A stretch of 64,000 nt of DNA from NCBI GenBank assembly GCA_965197395.1, contig CBDANB010000007.1, forward strand, positions 855,594 through 919,593, read 5' to 3'. The position numbers and the translations under genes are program-made. Positions 58,473-64,000 of this stretch are shown here, piece after piece. How positions within the stretch are numbered: the first letter of the stretch is position 1; each line of letters opens with the position of its first letter. The notes beneath the pieces were generated by a model. The model was not told where the DNA came from. It was given only the letters and a program-made list of their open reading frames with translations, and did not search any database. This DNA is from Vicinamibacterales bacterium. GTDB lineage: Bacteria > Acidobacteriota > Vicinamibacteria > Vicinamibacterales > UBA8438.

Positions 58473-58994
58473 TCAGAACTCCGGAACGAAGAGATAGTCA
58501 GCGTACGCGATCCACCGTCCAGCCAGCACGACGCCGACCCAGAGGAGCAGCGACACCGCGGCGATGACGCGCGCCGCGTTGCGGCGCACCAACGTGCGTT
58601 CCCAAAAACCCGCGTCTCGCCTGTTGAGCCAATAGACGATGAACGCCAGCACGACGGCCGGCAGCATCAGCGAGAACTTGATGCCAAACACCGGGTTGTA
58701 GAAATACCGGACGGGGCGCGCCACGACGAACAGCAGACCGGTGACGGCGTTGATCGGCAGCGCCCACCAGGCCCACGGCATCAGCCGCTGGATCATCTCG
58801 CTGACGTTTTGGCCCGGCACCGCCATGCCGAGGAACCTGAGATTGACCATGACGATGGAGCTCATGACGACCGCAATGCCCAGGATGTGGATGGCCTGGG
58901 ATATCGGCGGAAGGCCCGGGACGTTGGCGAGCAAGTACACGGCGAGCTCGCGCGCCTCGCTCTGGACCAACATGTTCGCCAGAAACTCGCTCAT
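58473..58994 (-). CDS. DUF6644-like 4-TM membrane protein, tandem paralogue
   Basis: QAIHILGIAVV...VNLRFLG...SLLLWVGVVLAGRWIAY. Confidence 0.8.
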   Translation of the reverse strand: MSEFLANMLVQSEARELAVYLLANVPGLPPISQAIHILGIAVVMSSIVMVNLRFLGMAVPGQNVSEMIQRLMPWAWWALPINAVTGLLFVVARPVRYFYNPVFGIKFSLMLPAVVLAFIVYWLNRRDAGFWERTLVRRNAARVIAAVSLLLWVGVVLAGRWIAYADYLFVPEF

Positions 58995-59011
58995 GGCTGG
59001 CTGTCGACCGC

Positions 59012-59570
59012 ATTAGGATACTGCAGGCAGTTTTGCGGACCGTCGCACACGGCCAAGGCGCGCACGGCGCGCCTCGCGGACGCGGAGTGGGGCTCTCGGG
59101 GTCCCCACGTAGCGCCCGCGTGGGGTCCGGGGCGAAGCCCCGTCTAATTAGGGTACTGCAGGCAGTTTTGCGGACCGTCGCACACGGCCAAGGCGCGCAC
59201 GGCGCGCCTCGCGGACGCGGAGTGGGGCTCTCGGGGTCCCCACGTAGCGCCCGCGTGGGGTCCGGGGCGAAGCCCGTCTAATTAGGATACTGCAGGCAGT
59301 TTTGCGGACCGTCGCACACGGCCAAGGCGCGCACGGCGCGCCTCGCGGACGCGGAGTGGGGCTCTCGGGGTCCCCACGTAGCGCCCGCGTGGGGTCCGGG
59401 GCGAAGCCCCGTCTAATTAGGGTACTGCAGGCAGTTTTGCGGACCGTCGCACACGGCCAAGGCGCGCACGGCGCGCCTCGCGGACGCGGAGTGGGGCTCT
59501 CGGGGTCCCCACGTAGCGCCCGCGTGGGGTCCGGGGCGAAGCCCCGTCTAATTAGGATACTGCAGGCAGT
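59012..59570. repeat. Tandem array: 4 x 135-bp unit containing repeat family A, plus a terminal 20-bp partial unit
   Basis: ATTAGG recurs at 59012, 59147, 59281, 59416, 59551 (periods 135/134/135/135). Confidence 0.95.
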
Positions 59571-59571
59571 G

Positions 59572-61362
59572 ATGAAGACGACACGCCCTCGACTCGGCCT
59601 CGCGGTCGTGCTGCTCGCCCTGAACCTGGTCGGCACGACGGTGGGCGCGAAGGATCGGATCTTCGTCGACCAGTGGAGCCCGACGCAGTCGGAGCTGTTC
59701 ATTGCCGATGCCGATGGCGCGAACCCGCGCAAGCTGGTCGCCGGTTTCGAGCGCGACTACAACGCCTCCATCTCCGACGACGGCGAATGGGTGGTGTTCA
59801 CGTCGGAGCGCCATGGGTCGGCGGACATCTTTCGCGTGCGGACGAACGGCATGGAGTTGGAGCGCCTCACACAGCACCAGGCGTTCGACGATCAGGCCGC
59901 GCTGTCCCCCGACGGTCGCCGCGTGGCCTTCGTATCGACGCGCGCCGGCGGCACCACCGACATCTTCATCCTCGACCTCGAGACCCGGAGAATTCGCAAT
60001 CTCACGAACGCCTCGGGCGGGGACTTCCGGCCGAGCTGGTCCCCTGATGGACAGAGGCTGGCGTTTTCGTCCGACCGCGGGACGCCGTTTCGGATGGCTG
60101 CTGGGCGCTGGGAGCACGTGCATGCGGCGAGCGTGTATGTCATGGACGTCGACGGCGGCGAGGCCCGCGCGCTCTCGTCCGCCGGACACCTCGCCGGGTC
60201 GCCGAAGTGGTCACCAGATGGCCGGCGTGTGGTGTTCTACGAGGTGGCGGTTGCCGATACGTTTCGCGCGCGCTGGCTCCCCGACCAGGCCTCTGTCGAG
60301 TCACGAATCGTGTCTGTCGACGCGACGACCGGCGCCCGCACGGAGCATGCGTCTGGGCCGGGTCTCAAACTGTCACCGCAGTTTCTCGGACCGGATCGCA
60401 TCGGCTACCTGGCGAAGTCGGGGCCGACCGCGACGCTGGCCTTCAGCTCGGGTGAGACCGGTCGCGCTGGAGACATCGGTAACCCCGCCTGGTCGCGTGA
60501 CGGCCGACGCGTGGTCTATCAGACCGGACCCATCGCGACGATTGCCGAACCGCGCTCACCGGGCGAGCGGCTGGCCAGCTCGGATCCAAACGTCGAGCTG
60601 GTCTACGCGAGCGGCTTTCCGGCGGTGTCGCCAGATGGGCGTCGGCTCGTCCTGAGCGAACGCACGCGGCGGGGTCGGCCGGACGATCGCACGCAGCTGG
60701 CCGTGTGGAACACCGACGGCACGAGTCCGCAGCGTATTTATCGCGCCAGCGGTTCGGCGATGGCGCCCCAGTGGTCGGCCGATGGGCAGTGGATCGTGTT
60801 CGGCGCCGGGAACTACTTTCACGATCGGGTGCGGCCGGCGCAGGTGATGGTCGTCAGGCCGGACGGCTCCGACGCGCGGCCGATTACGACGGGGCCCGGG
60901 AACGCGGGGTTCCCGGATTTTTCGCCAGACGGGACGCAGGTCGTCTATCGGTTCTGGACGGACACGGCGGGTGGGTTGCGTGTCGTGGACCTCGCCGACG
61001 GCGCCGTTCGCACGTTGACGACAGGATACGACAACTTTCCTGTCTGGTCGCCGGACGGCGGTCGCATCGTGTTCAGCCGGCTGGCCGACGGCGATTTCGA
61101 CATCTACACGATCCGGCCCGACGGTACCGACCTGCGGCAGCTCACCGTGTCAACCGGCAACGACTCGCACCCGGCGTGGTCGGCCGACGGCGAGCACATC
61201 CTGTTCAGCAGCTCGCGCCTCGGCTTCAAGGACGAAGCGCCGCTCGCAGACATTCCCCAACCCTACGGCGAGCTCTTCATCATGCGAGCTGACGGGACCG
61301 GGCAACGACCCCTGACCGACAACCGGTGGGAAGAAGGCACGCCCGCATGGCAGCCGAGGTAA
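59572..61362 (+). CDS. Secreted TolB-like PD40 beta-propeller protein
   Basis: Signal peptide; repeated P.WSPDG motifs. ORF-track extension to 59302 is repeat sequence. Confidence 0.88.
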   Translation: MKTTRPRLGLAVVLLALNLVGTTVGAKDRIFVDQWSPTQSELFIADADGANPRKLVAGFERDYNASISDDGEWVVFTSERHGSADIFRVRTNGMELERLTQHQAFDDQAALSPDGRRVAFVSTRAGGTTDIFILDLETRRIRNLTNASGGDFRPSWSPDGQRLAFSSDRGTPFRMAAGRWEHVHAASVYVMDVDGGEARALSSAGHLAGSPKWSPDGRRVVFYEVAVADTFRARWLPDQASVESRIVSVDATTGARTEHASGPGLKLSPQFLGPDRIGYLAKSGPTATLAFSSGETGRAGDIGNPAWSRDGRRVVYQTGPIATIAEPRSPGERLASSDPNVELVYASGFPAVSPDGRRLVLSERTRRGRPDDRTQLAVWNTDGTSPQRIYRASGSAMAPQWSADGQWIVFGAGNYFHDRVRPAQVMVVRPDGSDARPITTGPGNAGFPDFSPDGTQVVYRFWTDTAGGLRVVDLADGAVRTLTTGYDNFPVWSPDGGRIVFSRLADGDFDIYTIRPDGTDLRQLTVSTGNDSHPAWSADGEHILFSSSRLGFKDEAPLADIPQPYGELFIMRADGTGQRPLTDNRWEEGTPAWQPR

Positions 61363-61371
61363 GGTAGAGAG

Positions 61372-62295
61372 ATGAAGGGCAGAAGAGCGTTTCTGGCGGG
61401 TGTCGTCACGCTCGGCGTCGCGTCCGTACCGATACTGGTGGGCGGGCAGCAGCAGCAGCCGCCACTGTTTCGCACCGGCACCGAGCTGGTCGACCTCTAT
61501 GTCACCGTCACCGATGCCGCGGGACGACTCGTCCCCGATCTCGGGCAGGAGGAGTTCGCCATCTTCGACGACGAACAGCCGCAGGAGATCACGCTGTTCG
61601 AAAACGACGTGCGGCCCATCACGGTGGTCGTCATGCTCGATACGAGCATCAGCACGACCAACGTCATGCATCTGATTCTGGGTGGCGCCGAGCAGTTCCT
61701 CATTCGGATGCTGCCCGACGACCGGGCTCGCGTCGGCGCGTTCAACGACAAGATCGAGGTGGTCCCGTCGACGTTCGTCGGTGATCGTGACGCGTTGATT
61801 GACGAGCTCGGCGGGCTTGATTTCGGCAACGAAACGCGTCTCTTCGACGCGCTCGAGGCGAGCCTCGACACCCTGCTCGACGTCGACGGCCGCAAGGTGA
61901 TCCTCCTGCTGACCGACGGCCAGGACAGCGCCAGCGAGCTCGGATGGCGGGATGTCCTCGACCGCGCCGTCGCCGAGGAAGTGATGATTTACTCGATCGG
62001 TCTCGAGGTCGAGTACTTCGATGGCCGTCGTGTGCGCCGGACCCGTCCCGACCGCAGCCTGCGGCGGCTAGCGGAGGAAACCGGGGGCGGCTATTTCCTC
62101 CTCGAGGAAACCGACGAGCTCGGTCCGACGTTTACCCGCGTCTCGCAGGAGCTGCACAGCCAGTACGTGCTGGGATTCACGCCATCCGTGCGGGACGGCA
62201 AGCGCCACAGCCTCGAGGTGCGCATCACCGGCCGCGGCAGGGAAGCCCGCGCCCGGCGGAGCTACATTGCCCCGGCGTCTTCCGAGGGCTCCTGA
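61372..62295 (+). CDS. Acidobacterial VWA-domain protein
   Basis: PLFRTGTELV, MIDAS DTSIST, TRLFDA, LLTDGQD, LAEETGG. Confidence 0.9.
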   Translation: MKGRRAFLAGVVTLGVASVPILVGGQQQQPPLFRTGTELVDLYVTVTDAAGRLVPDLGQEEFAIFDDEQPQEITLFENDVRPITVVVMLDTSISTTNVMHLILGGAEQFLIRMLPDDRARVGAFNDKIEVVPSTFVGDRDALIDELGGLDFGNETRLFDALEASLDTLLDVDGRKVILLLTDGQDSASELGWRDVLDRAVAEEVMIYSIGLEVEYFDGRRVRRTRPDRSLRRLAEETGGGYFLLEETDELGPTFTRVSQELHSQYVLGFTPSVRDGKRHSLEVRITGRGREARARRSYIAPASSEGS

Positions 62296-62297
62296 TT

Positions 62298-62400
62298 TAG
62301 ACGGGGCTTCGCCCCGAACCCCCGCAGGCGCTCCGCGGGACCCCGAGAGCCCCGCGCCGCGCCCGCGAGGCGCGCCGTGCGCGCCTTGGCCGCTCTCGCC
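62298..62400. repeat. Repeat family A copy between convergent genes
   Basis: TAGACGGGGCTTCGCCCCGAACCCC...GGCGCGCCGTGCGCGCCTTGGCC. Confidence 0.8.
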
Positions 62401-62428
62401 GCATCACGGCCTGGCCCGTCGTGGGCTG

Positions 62429-63481
62429 CTAGGGTGCGCCTTCCCGTTCCTCCGCCCGTGCCCCTGCCAGCATGTTGAGCAGCCCGTAGTTGCCCTCGTG
62501 GCAGGCGTACTCGAACATCGGGGCTCCGCCCCGCTTCATCGGCAGGGCGACGGTGAACGCCTGGGTGAATGTGGTTGGATCGTCGACCGTGTATTCGTAC
62601 AGCAGCGTGTCGTCGTCGATCCGAGAAAAGCGTTCCGTCAGACGGAGGGTGGTGCCACTGCCCACCGCGCTCACCACTGAGGGGTTGAAGCTCGCGGTCT
62701 TGTCGGTGAAGTTCGAGGTTTCCACGACCAGCGTGTCGCCATCCCAATAGCCGCGCGCGTCACCCATCCACTGGCGGATGTCGTCCGCGAGGTGGGGACG
62801 CCCGTCAAGCGGGACGATGCGCGTGTCGTGCACCATCTCGTTGAGGATCGCCACGTAGCCCGGTGCCTGGAACAACTGAAGGTTCTGGTTGTAGCCCGCG
62901 GGCACGATCGGGGGGCCGGTATTGAACCCGATAAGACACCGCTCGGCGAGCCCGCGGTCTTCCGGACCATCCGTCCCGATGCCGCCGACGCGGAATCGCA
63001 CCGGTCGCGTGGGCGCGGCGGCGTCCGCGCCGCCGCCCTGTTGCGAGACTCCCGGCCGGGCGGACGGCACGCGTCCATCCGGTGGATCGACGATCAGCGA
63101 CGTGCGGTGATCGTCGACGACTCCGGCACCGCGGTCGAACCAGAAGTTGTTGTAGGCGCCGACGTCGCCGCCCGCGGGGAGCGGTTCCGTGCGCACCTCG
63201 CTCGGGGCATCCGCGTCAATGGCGCTCTGCACGGCGTTGGCCTCGATCTCCGCGGCCTCTTCCGGCGTCAGCACTGATTGCTCGGCGCGGTCTTCCGGCC
63301 GCTGGAGCGGGGTCAGGGTCCGAAAATCCCACACTCCCTGCAGGTCGGGCTGGCCGTCCGCCGTTCGTGGAGCGGTCCAGGCGCCGGCCGACTGTTGAGC
63401 GGTGGCCGCCACGGGGGCCAACGCCATGACGAGCAGGCCCGTCCCTACCAAGAGCACACGACCGAAACCACGATTCACCAT
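62429..63481 (-). CDS. ACHEGNY-family paralogue 4
   Basis: PDLQGVWDFRT, ERCLIGFNTGPP, FEYACHEGNY. Confidence 0.85.
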   Translation of the reverse strand: MVNRGFGRVLLVGTGLLVMALAPVAATAQQSAGAWTAPRTADGQPDLQGVWDFRTLTPLQRPEDRAEQSVLTPEEAAEIEANAVQSAIDADAPSEVRTEPLPAGGDVGAYNNFWFDRGAGVVDDHRTSLIVDPPDGRVPSARPGVSQQGGGADAAAPTRPVRFRVGGIGTDGPEDRGLAERCLIGFNTGPPIVPAGYNQNLQLFQAPGYVAILNEMVHDTRIVPLDGRPHLADDIRQWMGDARGYWDGDTLVVETSNFTDKTASFNPSVVSAVGSGTTLRLTERFSRIDDDTLLYEYTVDDPTTFTQAFTVALPMKRGGAPMFEYACHEGNYGLLNMLAGARAEEREGAP

Positions 63482-63601
63482 GTCAGTCCTCCTGCAGCGC
63501 GATCCTGGTCCGTAGCTTACTACCTTGTCCCCCAGGAACGCGCTACGACGCGTACCGTCCGACTTTCGTCTGCTGCTATCGTGACGCGCGACCGGCGCTT
63601 G

Positions 63602-64000
63602 CTACGAATCGGGGTCCGAAACTTGCCGTGTCTCGCGTCCGCGGAACGTCTCGGCGGCGCCGGCGGCCGTGAAGTCGACCGCCCTGTCGCCGACGTGCCC
63701 GCTCACCTGATAGGACGCGCGGAGCTGATGAAAGTCGAGTTCGTTGCCGAACGCGACGCGATCCATCTGCGTCACGACGGCATTCTCGATCTCGAGCTCC
63801 ATCGTGAGGTCCAGTGCCCGGCTCCGAGCACGAACGGTGATGTGACGCGGCGTGACCGAGTCCGGTGCGTCGATTTCCTCGATCGACACGTTGGTCGAGT
63901 ATGCCACCGGGCCATCCGGCCCGAGCGCGACCAGGAAGCCTGGCATCCGTGTCGGATCTGCGGCGTCTTCCGGAGGGTGCACGCGGCCGTACACGAAGGA
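63602..64000 (-). CDS. C-terminus of a hypothetical beta-rich protein (5' end outside window)
   Basis: Open frame from the right edge with plausible composition. Confidence 0.55.
   Translation of the reverse strand, partial: SFVYGRVHPPEDAADPTRMPGFLVALGPDGPVAYSTNVSIEEIDAPDSVTPRHITVRARSRALDLTMELEIENAVVTQMDRVAFGNELDFHQLRASYQVSGHVGDRAVDFTAAGAAETFRGRETRQVSDPDS

Noticed and set aside
59012-59570. CRISPR array (20-bp repeat with intervening segments)
   Set aside because: Intervening segments are identical and about 115 bp long; no cas genes in the window.
2274-63398. Many long antisense or alternate-frame ORFs (e.g. 2274-3449, 5755-7212, 9171-10367, 43985-45739, 55439-56578)
   Set aside because: Shadow ORFs expected at high GC opposite real genes; Arg/Pro/Ala-rich with no motifs.
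1-64000. rRNA, tRNA, integron, prophage or known defence systems
   Set aside because: No recognisable sequence or protein motifs for these were seen.

Overview
High-GC window that most resembles Acidobacteriota (Vicinamibacteria-like). This is inferred from the gene families present: acidobacterial VWA, Ser/Thr kinase-TolB remnants, DUF1592/DUF1552, CRTAC1/FG-GAP, DUF6644. Bases 2.2-17.2 kb are an insertion-sequence graveyard: two IS630, IS21, IS256, an IS1595 carrying a nested MITE and the second IS630, IS110 and IS200. Ends and target duplications can be read directly for most of them. The strongest finding is the IS110 at 14557-16210. Its upstream non-coding region contains a readable bridge-RNA architecture (target loop, donor loop, CC core, circle-junction sigma70 promoter). 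The target guides spell GGCATGGGCGAGGT, the codons of the G-M-G-E-V glycine-rich loop of Ser/Thr kinases, and the element sits in exactly that motif of a kinase gene. At the left edge, an unannotated frameshifted Tat/lipobox Asp-rich micro-peptide lies between a PepSY-TM gene and a JmjC hydroxylase, a candidate ribosomal metallophore system. The rest (17-64 kb) is mostly secreted or periplasmic proteins of unknown function: four paralogues of a ...ACHEGNY family, a pentaheme-TPR/CRTAC1 operon, a duplicated heme-propeller/ankyrin/DUF1592/DUF1552 module, a PHM-like copper monooxygenase-TPR fusion and a split NosR-like pair. Many genes are collapsed by internal deletions. There are two dispersed palindromic repeat families, a 135-bp tandem array and a 36-bp start-codon repeat. 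All family assignments come from motif recognition; no database search was run.
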